This document shows positions 40,912 through 51,500 of a stretch of 61,730 bases of DNA, in pieces. Origin of the DNA: a virus. The notes under the pieces are model-generated. The model was not told where the DNA came from and made no database searches. It saw nothing but the letters and a program-made list of their open reading frames with translations. The position numbers and the translations under genes were made by a program. Positions within the stretch are counted from its first letter, which is position 1; each line of letters opens with the position of its first letter. The stretch covers positions 1-61,730 of IMG/VR virus record IMGVR_UViG_3300044972_000763; one strand, written 5' to 3'.

Positions 40912-40923
40912 AGGACCATAACC

Positions 40924-41271
40924 ATGCAAGCAATCATCTACCCAAACGACCAAGGCGGCATTGCCGTAATCATCCCCGCGCCGGATTGCGGTATTCCGCT
41001 ATTCGAGATTGGCCGGAAGGATGTTCCGCCGATTGTGACCTATGAAGGCACGGGCCAATTCATCCTTGATGAACAAACGGATGAAGAGCGGGAAATCATG
41101 CGGAAGGTAGTCACGCCCCGTCCCTTCCGCATCATCCCAACATCGGCCATCCCGCAAGATCGCACCTACCGCGAAGCCTGGACCGCTGATTTTAGCGCGC
41201 CGGATGGGCATGGCATTGGTGCTGATGCGTGGTTTGCGGAACAAGAGGAGACTGCAAATGATCCAGATTGA
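40924..41271 (+). CDS. hypothetical protein (115 aa)
   Basis: Track ORF. Confidence 0.5.
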   Translation: MQAIIYPNDQGGIAVIIPAPDCGIPLFEIGRKDVPPIVTYEGTGQFILDEQTDEEREIMRKVVTPRPFRIIPTSAIPQDRTYREAWTADFSAPDGHGIGADAWFAEQEETANDPD

Positions 41272-41491
41272 TATGGCGAAGGCGGTTGAAATTCAGCGCA
41301 ACCGTATCCGTGCCTTGCGTGAGCCATTGCTGGCCGCGCTTGATGTGGAATTTATGCGCGCGGTGGAAAGGGGCGATCAGGCAGAACAAGCCCGAGTTGT
41401 GGCGGAAAAGCAAAGGCTGCGCGATTTACCCAATGACCCGCGCCTGACTGCCGCAAGGACTGTGGATGAATTAAAGATTATCACGGTTTAA
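41258..41491 (+). CDS. hypothetical protein (77 aa)
   Basis: ATG 41258 ([25 protein letters not shown]...) inside track ORF 41204..41491. Confidence 0.45.
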   Translation: MIQIDMAKAVEIQRNRIRALREPLLAALDVEFMRAVERGDQAEQARVVAEKQRLRDLPNDPRLTAARTVDELKIITV

Positions 41492-41501
41492 GAAAAGTGA
41501 T

Positions 41502-43802
41502 ATGCCCCTAAAGAAACTTACATTCACGCCAGGAATACAGCATGACGGATCACGTTATGCTTCTTCTGGTTCTTGGTCTGATGTGGATAAGGTAAGGTTT
41601 AGGTCTGGCGCCCCTGAAAAAATTGGGGGCTGGCAGAAAGCTACATCATCTTCATTTCGTGGGATATGCCGAAACCTAAAGCCATTTACTGACTTGAATA
41701 ACAACTACTTCCTAGGTGTCGGGACGCATTTGAAATACTACATTGAACGTGGTGGGGGGTTTAATGACATTACCCCATTGAGAACCACGATAGTTCAATC
41801 CAATCCCTTTACTACGGTAAATGGCTCTGCCACTGTTACTGTCACTATTCCTAATCATGGGGCGGTGGTGAATGATTTTGTCACATTTACCGGCGCCAGC
41901 GCCGTTGGCGGGTTTACACTGAACGGTGAATATCAGATTGTATCTGTAGTTAATTCAAGTATTTTCACTATTATTCCTGGGCCAATCTTAAATTATACCA
42001 ACATAAATTACATAACTGATTCAACAAATGTGGCTGTAATTGCAGCCCCAATATCTTCTATTTCTGAAGAAGAAGTTTATGTGAATGGGATAAAAAAAAC
42101 TCAATACACTAAATTGGCTGATCTATTTGATCCGAGTCAAACATGGATAATTTTTCCTTTTAATATAAGGCCCCCTGAAGGGGCTGTGGTTAGAGTTTCA
42201 GTCCCCACTATAGCAACATCAAATGCTACAGGTGGTGGTTCTGTAACCGCTGCCTTTCAAATCCAAAGCGGACTTGATTCTACCTTGTATGGTAATGGAT
42301 GGGGCGCTGGCACATGGGGTGGTATTACTGGCAGCGTATCTTTTACCGGATCAATTAGCGGCACCACACTGACTGTATCAGCGGTGGCTTCCGGCACATT
42401 GGCGGTTGGGCAGTTGATTGTAGGTGCGGGTGTATCTGCATCGCCCCCCGGCTCAAATGCAACTTACATCACGGCCCTAGGGACGGGTTCTGGCGGGGTT
42501 GGAACCTACACGGTAGGTGTGTCTCAAACTGTAACCTCAAGGGCTATGACGGCCTATTCAGGGACGGGGTGGGGTTCTCCTGCTGCTGGACTTACACCAG
42601 GGCAAAAACTTAGAGTTTGGTCGTCTGATAACTTTGGGCAGGATTTGGTTATCAATCATAATGATGGCCCAATCTACTATTGGTCTAATGCTTCTGGTTT
42701 AGGTGTGAGGGCTGTTCTACTGTCTAGCCTTGCTGGGGCGTCTGACGTTCCTGCTGTTGCCCGGCAGATTATGGTGACGGATCAGGACCGGAAAGTGTTG
42801 GCCTTTGGTTGTTCTGATATTGTTTCTGGTTTGCAGGATAGGTTGTTGGTTAGGTGGTCTGACACTGAGAATCCGGTTGATTGGACCCCGACAGAGATAA
42901 ATTCTGCGGGTGGGATTAGGATTCCTACCGGGTCTGAGTTTATGACTGCCTTGGAGACTCGCCAGGAAATACTTGTTTGGACGGATGCTGCTGTTCATTC
43001 AATGAGATACATCGGGGCGCCCTTTGAATACTCGATTGCTCAGATTGGCTTGACTTCCCTTCTATCCCCTAGCGGGGTGGCGGCGGCTAATGACATGGTA
43101 TTCTGGATGGGGACTAATGGGTTCTATGCCTATAATGGTCGCATTGCTGGTTTGCCTTGTTCCGTTAAAGATTATGTTTTCAATGACATAAACTACGATC
43201 AGGCTGAGAAGATTACAGCCGGTAGTAATATGGCGTTCAATGAAGTTTGGTGGTTCTACCCTTCGGCCAATTCATCTGAGAATGACCGTTATGTGGTGTA
43301 TAACTACAATGAGAATGTGTGGTTTGTTGGGTCCATTGTCAGGACGGTTTGGATTGACCGGGGGATTGAAGATTATCCCCGTTCCGCTTCGACGGACGGA
43401 TACATCTACTTCCATGAACTAGGGCAGGATGATGGGTCTGTGAACCCACTTGCCCCTATTACTGCATATATTGAAAGCGCCCCGTTTGAGATTGGTGATG
43501 GTGAACAATTCGGTTTTGCATGGCGCATGATACCTGACATTACATTCAGGGATAGTGCTAATGCCAATCCTTCTGTTAATTTCATATTGAAAACCCAAGA
43601 CTATTCTGGTGGGAATTTCAAACAGACTTCTAACAATAACGCGGTCAGGACTGCCACCTTGCCGATTGAGCAATTCACGGACCAGACTTATTTCCGGCTG
43701 CGAGGCCGCATGATGAGTTTGAGGGTGGAAAGCACGGCTGTAGGTGTAGCGTGGCGCCTAGGTATCCCTAGGATTGACGTTAGAACGGACGGGCGCCGAT
43801 GA
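41502..43802 (+). CDS. large tail protein (766 aa), tail tubular B / nozzle analogue
   Basis: Size and position. N-terminus [37 protein letters not shown]. Carries one HG...G...NG...V module like those in 31573..33681. Confidence 0.5.
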   Translation: MPLKKLTFTPGIQHDGSRYASSGSWSDVDKVRFRSGAPEKIGGWQKATSSSFRGICRNLKPFTDLNNNYFLGVGTHLKYYIERGGGFNDITPLRTTIVQSNPFTTVNGSATVTVTIPNHGAVVNDFVTFTGASAVGGFTLNGEYQIVSVVNSSIFTIIPGPILNYTNINYITDSTNVAVIAAPISSISEEEVYVNGIKKTQYTKLADLFDPSQTWIIFPFNIRPPEGAVVRVSVPTIATSNATGGGSVTAAFQIQSGLDSTLYGNGWGAGTWGGITGSVSFTGSISGTTLTVSAVASGTLAVGQLIVGAGVSASPPGSNATYITALGTGSGGVGTYTVGVSQTVTSRAMTAYSGTGWGSPAAGLTPGQKLRVWSSDNFGQDLVINHNDGPIYYWSNASGLGVRAVLLSSLAGASDVPAVARQIMVTDQDRKVLAFGCSDIVSGLQDRLLVRWSDTENPVDWTPTEINSAGGIRIPTGSEFMTALETRQEILVWTDAAVHSMRYIGAPFEYSIAQIGLTSLLSPSGVAAANDMVFWMGTNGFYAYNGRIAGLPCSVKDYVFNDINYDQAEKITAGSNMAFNEVWWFYPSANSSENDRYVVYNYNENVWFVGSIVRTVWIDRGIEDYPRSASTDGYIYFHELGQDDGSVNPLAPITAYIESAPFEIGDGEQFGFAWRMIPDITFRDSANANPSVNFILKTQDYSGGNFKQTSNNNAVRTATLPIEQFTDQTYFRLRGRMMSLRVESTAVGVAWRLGIPRIDVRTDGRR

Positions 43803-44371
43803 TTGGCCGGGCGAGGCTACCCACCCCACCGGAGGTTTATGATCCCCAATGGGCCATGCAATTCCACCGGGCCATAGACCAAAACCTAGATAGGTCGTTT
43901 GAGGGTTCCCCTAACTTTGCCGAGGCTTCTGGTTACTATGGTTCGTTCTACGACACCACGACACAGACTGCGGCGGCGGCAAATACTGCCTATGCCATGA
44001 GGTTTAACTCTACCGTATCCGCCAATCAGGTAGGTGTAACTAATAATAGTCGCATTACGGTGAAGAACCGTGGGGTATATAACCTACAGTTTTCGGCGCA
44101 GATAGATCAGAGTAGTGGTTCTAATCATTATGTCTGGATATGGTTAAGAAGAAACGGTATAGATGTAAGTAATTCAACTAGTAAGGTTTCTATTCAGGGA
44201 TCAAAGTCTGAGTTAATTCCTGCTTGGAATTTCGTTATACCTTTGCTTGGTGGGGATTACTTAGAGGTTATGTGGGCCGTGGAAGATACTGCTGTTCAAC
44301 TTATAGCTGAAGCTGCGACTGCTTTTTGTCCTGCTATTCCATCTGTTATAGCAACGGTTACGTCAATCTAG
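43799..44371 (+). CDS. putative receptor-binding protein with a C1q/TNF-like (BclA-C-like) jelly-roll pattern
   Basis: [18 protein letters not shown]...[14 protein letters not shown]...GGDYLEVMW matches the remembered pattern (G.Y.i.f ... NG ... GD.i.l). Confidence 0.4.
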   Translation: MIGRARLPTPPEVYDPQWAMQFHRAIDQNLDRSFEGSPNFAEASGYYGSFYDTTTQTAAAANTAYAMRFNSTVSANQVGVTNNSRITVKNRGVYNLQFSAQIDQSSGSNHYVWIWLRRNGIDVSNSTSKVSIQGSKSELIPAWNFVIPLLGGDYLEVMWAVEDTAVQLIAEAATAFCPAIPSVIATVTSI

Positions 44372-44381
44372 GGGTAATGTC

Positions 44382-45668
44382 ATGAAGAATGTAGCCAATG
44401 GTCTAGCGAGATATGGCCGGAATGGTGACAATAATCTTGTCCATGTGAGTGACAAGGAACTTGCTGGCATTGAACAGTTGACGGGCCGGAAATTCACAAC
44501 CAATCCTCAAACTGGATTGCCGGAAGCCTTTAACTTTGCGTCCTTGCTGCCTGTGGTTGCTGGGATTGGCGGCACTGTATTGTCCGGTGGTAATCCTCTG
44601 GTTGGGGCCTTGGCCGCTGGCGCGGTTAGTGGCGGTGTTAGCGCGGCGCAAGGTGAAAGCACAGAGACGGCACTTACCAAGGGTTTGATTTCTGGCGTAA
44701 CCACTTATGCCGGAGGGCAGTTGCTGTCGGGTGTTGGAGAGGCGGCTGCTGCTGGTGGGGCTGAGGCCGCTGGCGCCGCTGGGCAGGCTGCTGCTACTGC
44801 CGCCCCTACCGCTGGTGGGGCTGTTACCGTTCAGCCGCTAGGTGAAATTGCTGCATCGGGCGCTTCTTCTGCCGCTGGTCCAGCAACCACAATCCCTGCT
44901 GTTGCTGGCTCTGGTATTCCTAGTACGCCCTTGGCTCCCGGCTTAGAGGCGGCACAAGCCCCTATGAGTTTTGGTGATAAGTTGTCTGCTATCGGGAATA
45001 ACCCTAGCGCGGCTTTGGATAAATTAGGCTCCAATATTGTTGCTAATCCTATTAAATCCGGCATATTTGCTGGCGGCACATACGCCACTGCTACCGGCGC
45101 CCTTGATACCCCGAAGATGCCGGGAGAACCTGAGTATGATCCAAGCAAATATCCAGAAAGGTTCCCGTCAAGCCCCCGCCAATGGAACGCGCCACCATCA
45201 AGCTATCAGCCGGGGTATTCTCCCGAGTATCGGTATTTTGCCAAGGGCGGTCTAGCCGATCTTCGGGAAGGCAACCAAGAGACAACCGCCAATCTAATGA
45301 ATGAAGCCAAGGCTGCATTGTTAGGTGAGCATCCTAAGCCACAGGAAGCTATTGAGCGGTTCCGTAATGTGATGGGTGATGATGCCTTCATGGCCTTGAA
45401 GGACCGGATTACAGGCGGGCGGATTAAGGGCGCTGGTGGCGGGCTAGATGATCTAGTCCCTGGCACTATCGAGGGGCGCCAGAAGGTAAGGCTTGCAGAC
45501 GGCGAATTTATTTTTCCGGCAGACGTGGTTTCCGCGATTGGTGACGGTTCAACGGACGCTGGCGCTAGGCGTTTGCATGAAATGATGGATGGTATTCGCA
45601 AGCAAAAGACAGGATCAACAAAGCAACCAGCCCGGTTAAAGGCCGGTTCATTGGTTCATGAACAATGA
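44382..45668 (+). CDS. Ala/Gly-rich internal virion (ejection) protein candidate (428 aa)
   Basis: Low-complexity A/G stretches. Position after the tail genes. Confidence 0.45.
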   Translation: MKNVANGLARYGRNGDNNLVHVSDKELAGIEQLTGRKFTTNPQTGLPEAFNFASLLPVVAGIGGTVLSGGNPLVGALAAGAVSGGVSAAQGESTETALTKGLISGVTTYAGGQLLSGVGEAAAAGGAEAAGAAGQAAATAAPTAGGAVTVQPLGEIAASGASSAAGPATTIPAVAGSGIPSTPLAPGLEAAQAPMSFGDKLSAIGNNPSAALDKLGSNIVANPIKSGIFAGGTYATATGALDTPKMPGEPEYDPSKYPERFPSSPRQWNAPPSSYQPGYSPEYRYFAKGGLADLREGNQETTANLMNEAKAALLGEHPKPQEAIERFRNVMGDDAFMALKDRITGGRIKGAGGGLDDLVPGTIEGRQKVRLADGEFIFPADVVSAIGDGSTDAGARRLHEMMDGIRKQKTGSTKQPARLKAGSLVHEQ

Positions 45669-46078
45669 ATGTAAGTATTGTTCCAGTTGAATACATCAAT
45701 GATGTTTGGGATACAGTAAAGGTTATTCTTAAACCAGCCGTTGAAGTCACTAATGGCCGGTTTATGCTTTATGATATTTACTCATTTGCTCAAATGGGTA
45801 GGTATCAGATGTGGATAGCCTTTGATGATGATAAGCAAATTCATGGTTGCGAAGTAACCACTGTTACAGATTACCCGTCTAAAAGGGTTTTAACTTCGCT
45901 TTTTACTGGTGGTGATGATATTCGTTCTTGGCGTAATCAGATGATTGATGTTATTACTAGATTTGCCAAGGATCAGGATTGTGAAGCTATTGAGGGTCAT
46001 GGCCGGGAAGGCTGGATTAAGCTGCTAGAGCCTTATGGTGTAAAGCGTGGCTTGACGATGTTTGAGAAGGATATTTGA
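45665..46078 (+). CDS. hypothetical virion-module protein (137 aa)
   Basis: Track ORF. Confidence 0.5.
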   Translation: MNVSIVPVEYINDVWDTVKVILKPAVEVTNGRFMLYDIYSFAQMGRYQMWIAFDDDKQIHGCEVTTVTDYPSKRVLTSLFTGGDDIRSWRNQMIDVITRFAKDQDCEAIEGHGREGWIKLLEPYGVKRGLTMFEKDI

Positions 46079-46079
46079 T

Positions 46080-47051
46080 ATGGGTGGTGGTGGCGGCGGT
46101 CAACCTACGCAAAGCACAACCAATACTTCCAATCTTCCAGAGTATGCCCAGCCATATTTTGAGCGGATGATGGGCCGGGCAGAGGCGGAATCAAACCAGC
46201 CTTATGTTTCATACGGCGGTCAGCGGATTGCTGGTTTCACTCCTGATACACAAGCTGGATTTCAGCAAACCCGTAATGTCCAGGGCGCCGAGAATGTTCA
46301 AGCTGGTTCTGCTTTGGTTGGGGCGGCTGGCTTGCAAGGATTAGGGGCTTCTGGCTATCAGGCTAATCCCATTCAGCAATCGTCCTTTGGTTCGCAACAG
46401 GCCGAACAATATATGTCGCCCTACATGCAACAGGTGATTGACCGGCAAAAATCGTCTGCCGTTCAAGATTATCAAGAGGGTCAGGCGGGGCGGGATACCC
46501 AGGCAATCAAGGCCGGTGCTTTTGGTGGATACCGGCAGGGTATTCAAGAGGGTGTAGCACAACGGGGCCTTGGTCGGCAGCTTTCAGACATTGAAGGCGC
46601 TGGTCGTCAAAAGGCCTTTGAACAGGCTCAAGGTCAGTTTGAACGTGATCGGGCTGCATCTGTCCAAGCGCAGGGTTTGACCGAACAACAGCGTCTTGCC
46701 GGGGAGCAGTTTGGCTTGTCTGGTGCTGGCCTTAGTATGCAGGCCGGTTCTGCCTTGGGGCAACTTGGGGCCACCGAACAGGGTCTTGGGTTGCAACGGG
46801 CGCAGGCGTTGCAGCAGCAGGGGACGGCGCAACAGCAGCAAGAGCAACGTGGTATTGATATGGGCTATCAGGATTTCTTGGATCAACGTGATTACGGACG
46901 TACTAACATTGATTTTCTTTCGCGCATTTTGCGAGGGACGCCTGTTACCCCGAATACGGTCCAGAACACTTATGCTAACCCCAATCCCTTTACGCAAGTT
47001 GCTGGCTTAGGTTTGGCTGGCTTGGGCGCTTATAATCAGTATAACCGGTGA
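46080..47051 (+). CDS. Gln/Gly-rich internal virion protein candidate (323 aa)
   Basis: ATG 46080 (MGGGGGGQPTQ...) inside track ORF 46062..47051. Confidence 0.5.
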   Translation: MGGGGGGQPTQSTTNTSNLPEYAQPYFERMMGRAEAESNQPYVSYGGQRIAGFTPDTQAGFQQTRNVQGAENVQAGSALVGAAGLQGLGASGYQANPIQQSSFGSQQAEQYMSPYMQQVIDRQKSSAVQDYQEGQAGRDTQAIKAGAFGGYRQGIQEGVAQRGLGRQLSDIEGAGRQKAFEQAQGQFERDRAASVQAQGLTEQQRLAGEQFGLSGAGLSMQAGSALGQLGATEQGLGLQRAQALQQQGTAQQQQEQRGIDMGYQDFLDQRDYGRTNIDFLSRILRGTPVTPNTVQNTYANPNPFTQVAGLGLAGLGAYNQYNR

Positions 47052-47058
47052 GGTTGAT

Positions 47059-48576
47059 ATGAACATTCTTCAGGTTCAAGATGCACTAAAGAACGCATCT
47101 GACATGCAGCTTTCCGGTGAGTTGCAGAATCCTACTGGTATGGCCCCGTCTTACTTGGTGCTATCAGAAGTGAAACGGCGCCAGCAAATGAGGCAGGGCG
47201 CGATGGCTAGTCCAGCGCCACAGTCTAGCATGGCTGAGGAAGCTGCAAGCCAAGCGCAGCCTGAGTATTACCCTGAAGAACAGCCGCAAGAGGAAGAGGC
47301 TGGTATTGAGGCTTTCAGGGAAGGTGGTGTTGTACGGATGGCAGAGGGTGGACTTTCTGCGGTTCCATTGGAAGTTCTTGAGTCTGAGTATAGGCGCAGG
47401 AATCCAGTTCCGCCAGAACCTTCAAGGCCTATTGAGTTGCCTAGGTGGTTGCGTGGTGGTCGTCGTGAGGAGCCGCCGCCTGGGACTCAAAGATGGACGG
47501 AACCTCCGCAATTCCCGCCCGGAACTGTTTTGCCATTTGGTACACCCAGAAATGCCATTCCGGCCCAAACCGCGACTAGAGATGATTTGGAGGCTGAAAT
47601 TTCTCGCCGCCGCGCTGGTTCTATCGGTTCTTACATGGAAGCCGAAACCGCAGGTTTGAGAAATTTTAATCCGCCGCTCCCTTCGGCTAGTGAGCCTACT
47701 GCCCCGACTGAAACAGCCGGTGGTCTATATGGTCCTCCCGCCCCTCCTGCTGGTGCTGCTGCCCCTCCTGCTGGTGCCCCTAGGGCTGGCGCCTCTGAAT
47801 CCCGTGGTGGTGGCGCCATGCCATCTGGCGGGGGTATGCCTTCTGGTCAACCTTCCGGTCAAAGCACAGACCCCACCATACAAGCCTTGTATGACCGTCT
47901 AAGGGCTACTGGACAGAGCCGGGAAGATTACCGGAAGGATGCTGTTAATACCGGCTTGATGCAGGCTGGCCTTGCTATGATGGCGAGCAAAGACCCTAAC
48001 GCCCTAGCCAATATTGGGCAGGGTGGCTTGCGTGGTCTTGAGTCTTATACCCAGGAAATGCGCCAAGGCCGTCAGGGTGAGCGTCAGGGTATTCAGGATG
48101 AAATCACTATCCGTCGCGCTCAGACTGAGGAAGCCTATCGTCGTGGCATTATCACCAATCAGGAACGTCAACTTAGGTTGGCTGAATTGCGGGTTGGTGA
48201 GGCTGCGGGGGATCGTTCTGAGCGCCGTGCAGACAGGCAAATCCAACTTGAGGAAGCTAATAGGTTGCGTTCTGAGGGTCAGATGGGCCGGTTAATTCCA
48301 GCTATGGAAGGCAGAATAACTAGGTTAAATGAGCAAATTGGGGCATTTTCCATGGCGAGAAGTACCCCAGAAGGGCAGACCCCCAGGACTCGTGATCCGT
48401 CCATGCAGGGCGCTTATGATGCTTTGGTTCGTGAGCGCGCTCAGTTGCAAAACCGCGTTAGAAACGCGCAGGATTTCTTAATTGAGCGCGGTGGTGTTGA
48501 TCTATCTACATTGGATAGGCCAGCCCCCACACAGGGCGCCCCTGGACAACCCCCTGGCCCTGTAGTTCGTCTATGA
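47059..48576 (+). CDS. internal virion protein candidate (505 aa), Pro/Ala/Gly-rich centre
   Basis: Track ORF directly upstream of the 2090-aa gene. Confidence 0.5.
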   Translation: MNILQVQDALKNASDMQLSGELQNPTGMAPSYLVLSEVKRRQQMRQGAMASPAPQSSMAEEAASQAQPEYYPEEQPQEEEAGIEAFREGGVVRMAEGGLSAVPLEVLESEYRRRNPVPPEPSRPIELPRWLRGGRREEPPPGTQRWTEPPQFPPGTVLPFGTPRNAIPAQTATRDDLEAEISRRRAGSIGSYMEAETAGLRNFNPPLPSASEPTAPTETAGGLYGPPAPPAGAAAPPAGAPRAGASESRGGGAMPSGGGMPSGQPSGQSTDPTIQALYDRLRATGQSREDYRKDAVNTGLMQAGLAMMASKDPNALANIGQGGLRGLESYTQEMRQGRQGERQGIQDEITIRRAQTEEAYRRGIITNQERQLRLAELRVGEAAGDRSERRADRQIQLEEANRLRSEGQMGRLIPAMEGRITRLNEQIGAFSMARSTPEGQTPRTRDPSMQGAYDALVRERAQLQNRVRNAQDFLIERGGVDLSTLDRPAPTQGAPGQPPGPVVRL

Positions 48577-48591
48577 TAAAATGAGAATTAA

Positions 48592-51500
48592 ATGAGCCGC
48601 TATATCCAACTGCCTGACAATTCGTATGTAGAAATCCCCGAAGGCATGAGCGATGATGAAGCTCGCCAGAAGGTGTTTCTTGATCCCCGCTTTCGTCCGA
48701 TTATTGAACAAGCTATCTCGCAACAATCTAGTATCATCCCTGACTTGGGTGGTAGCGTTGTAAGGGGTGTTGGTTCTATCCCTACGGCAGTAGGAAGGCT
48801 TACCGACCTTGTTCCGGGGATGCAGGATAACATTGTATCCCGTGGTCTAACATCTGCCGGTGAATATCTAAGCCAGCGCGGGACTGCGATGATGAGTCCT
48901 GGCGGGCAGATGCAACAGCGTTTGTTCCAAGCCGTGATGGACGAGGCTGAAAACCAGGGCCTTGTGGATCAGGCCAAGGTTGCCTTGCGGGAAGCTATTT
49001 CCAATCCCCGGATGCTTGCCAATATCACGGCAGAAAGCATCCCTTCATTGGTTGCTTCCTTTGGTGGTGGCTTGGCCGTGCGTGGCGCGGCGGCTGTTGG
49101 CTCCCGTCTAGCGGGCAGGCAACTTGGGGCAGAGGGCGCGCGTAGGGCCGCTGTTGCTGGCGCTATCGGGACTGAATCATTGCTTGAGGGTGGTGGTTCT
49201 GCCGACGATGTGTATAAGGAAATCAAGGGTCTTAAAGAGGAAGAACTACAGAAAAGCCCTGAATATCAGGAGTTGCTTCGTGGTGGCTTGAAACCAGAGG
49301 ATGCTAGGGAATCTTTGGCCCGTAGTGCTGCTAGGCAGGCCGGGCTTCAGACTGCGGCTATCTCAGGGACTATCGGGGCTGCATTGCCCGGTGTGGAAAC
49401 AATGCCGTTTGCTAGGGCTTCTACTGCCGGTAGGGGGCGTAGGGCTTTAACGGGCGCTGGTACTGAATTGGGGCAAGAGGGTGGTCAAGAAGGTGGCGCT
49501 GCGCTTTCAGAGAACATTGCTAGGCAACGTGCGGAGATTGAGCGTGAACTGACTGCTGGCGTTGGTTCCCGTGCTGCGCTTGGTGCGGTGGTTGGTGGTA
49601 TTACAGGTGGTGCATTTGGTGGTTTAAGGTCGTCTGCCCCTGAAGTTTACCGGACTGAAGATGCTGAATTGCGTAGCGCCTTGCAGGCTGGGCAGCCTGA
49701 GTTTCAACGGGCGGCGATTGTAGAGCGCGGCCTTAATATCCCTGCTGAAGATTTCCTTTCCCGTCCAGCGGAAGAACAAGAGAAGCTACTGGCCGAGGCC
49801 CAAAAGGCATTGCAGCCCACGCCAACTATTCGCCAAGTCAGCCCTGAAGATTTTGCCGCTGCCGCCCAAGGGTTGCGCTCCGGTGAGAATCAGGAAGCGT
49901 CTATTGGAACCTTAGCGTCCCAATACATTGCCGATCAGATTAAGGATAAGCCATCCTACACTGTTTCTGTTCCATCGCTTCAAGCTTATCTTTCTGGTAT
50001 TGCGGGCAGGCAGATACCTACCGGCGAAGTTAAGGCTGCGCTTGATAGGCAAATTCAGTCACCCGAGAATCAATCTGGTGAGTTTGGGTTTTCCCTTGCC
50101 AAAGGTGAATCCAAAAAGGGCAAGATTAAGAAGTATGTTGCCAACAATCTTTCGGCGCAGAACCAAGAGGTTGTAAGTGAGCGTGTTGCTGCCGTTGAAG
50201 AAGGGCGCGTTGAAACCCCGATGGGCGCCCCGGCTGCTGCCCCTGAAGGCCCTGGCTTTGCTCTACCGCCCGATGTAAAGCAGAACCTTGAAGATTTGCG
50301 TAAGGGCGTAAAGCCACAACAACAATCCTTGGTGCAATTTCTTAGGAAGGCCGGTGGCTTAAACAACACTGGTTATATGGCCGGTGAGGTTTCCAATATC
50401 CTTGGTTCAAACCGTGCGCTTCCTGGCCTTATTAACAACCAAGCCAGGACGCCAATTAAGAACCAGAATGGTAAGGTGGTTGGTTACAAGGGTGGCCTTA
50501 CACTAGACCGGGCGCGGGAGAAGCTAGTTGAAGAAGGTTTCCTTCCCGAAGATGCAGACATTAACGATATGCTTAATGCTATCCGAGATGAATTATCCGG
50601 TGGTGGCGCCAACTTTGGTTTGACTGAGGATTTTGAAGGTCAGGAACGGCAACGTGCGGCGCAGCAACTAGAGCGCGCCCTAGATGAAGCCGGTGTGACT
50701 GCCCGTGATAGTGATGAAGATATTGCCCGCGTCCTTGGGTTCGAGGTTCAATCCCGTCCTGCGACGGAAGAAGATGTTGAAGCCCTAGACCGTGAACGGT
50801 TTGGTAATGTGCCACCTAAGCCGCTAGGACCGGCTGCTGAATACTCCGCCCGTGGTCAGGCAGGGCAAGCCCCTCAAACCGAACAGACTGCCCCTAAAGC
50901 CTTTGACTACATGGCGGTTATCAATGACCGGCTGAATAAGATCAGGGCCAAGGGCAAGCAGGGTGAAGCCATTGCTGCCGCCATTGAGAAGGATTTGAGA
51001 AGCGGTAAGTATCAACCGGAACAGCTTTATGCCGCCTTCAAGGCTGGCGAAGTGATGGCTGGTATTCTGCCTTCCGGCGCTAACCATGAGATTAGGTTTG
51101 TAGAGCGTATCCTGAAGGGTGATATAGAGGCCCAAGGTCGCCGGTTGCCGCCCGAGAATACCGCGTCAGCGGGAATTATTGAGATTTCCCTATCCGATTC
51201 AGCATTGAGTATGGCGCAAGAAACAGCAGCCCATGAAGCCTTCCACGTTCTTCAAGACTACTACGGCCAATATGATTCAGCCTTCAAGAAACTAATGGGT
51301 CAGTCCTTCAAGGACGGCATGACGCTGGATCAAGTTGATTCCACTATCAAGCGAAAACTACAGACAATCCGTATGCCGGGGTCTAAGCAATCTTATTGGG
51401 ATTTCCTTAGTTCTAGTTTGCCGGGTAAGATTGATAGCGCCCGTGAGGCCGAGGCTTATGTCTTTGGTTCATTGCATGATGCCGCCAAGCGCGGGATTCC

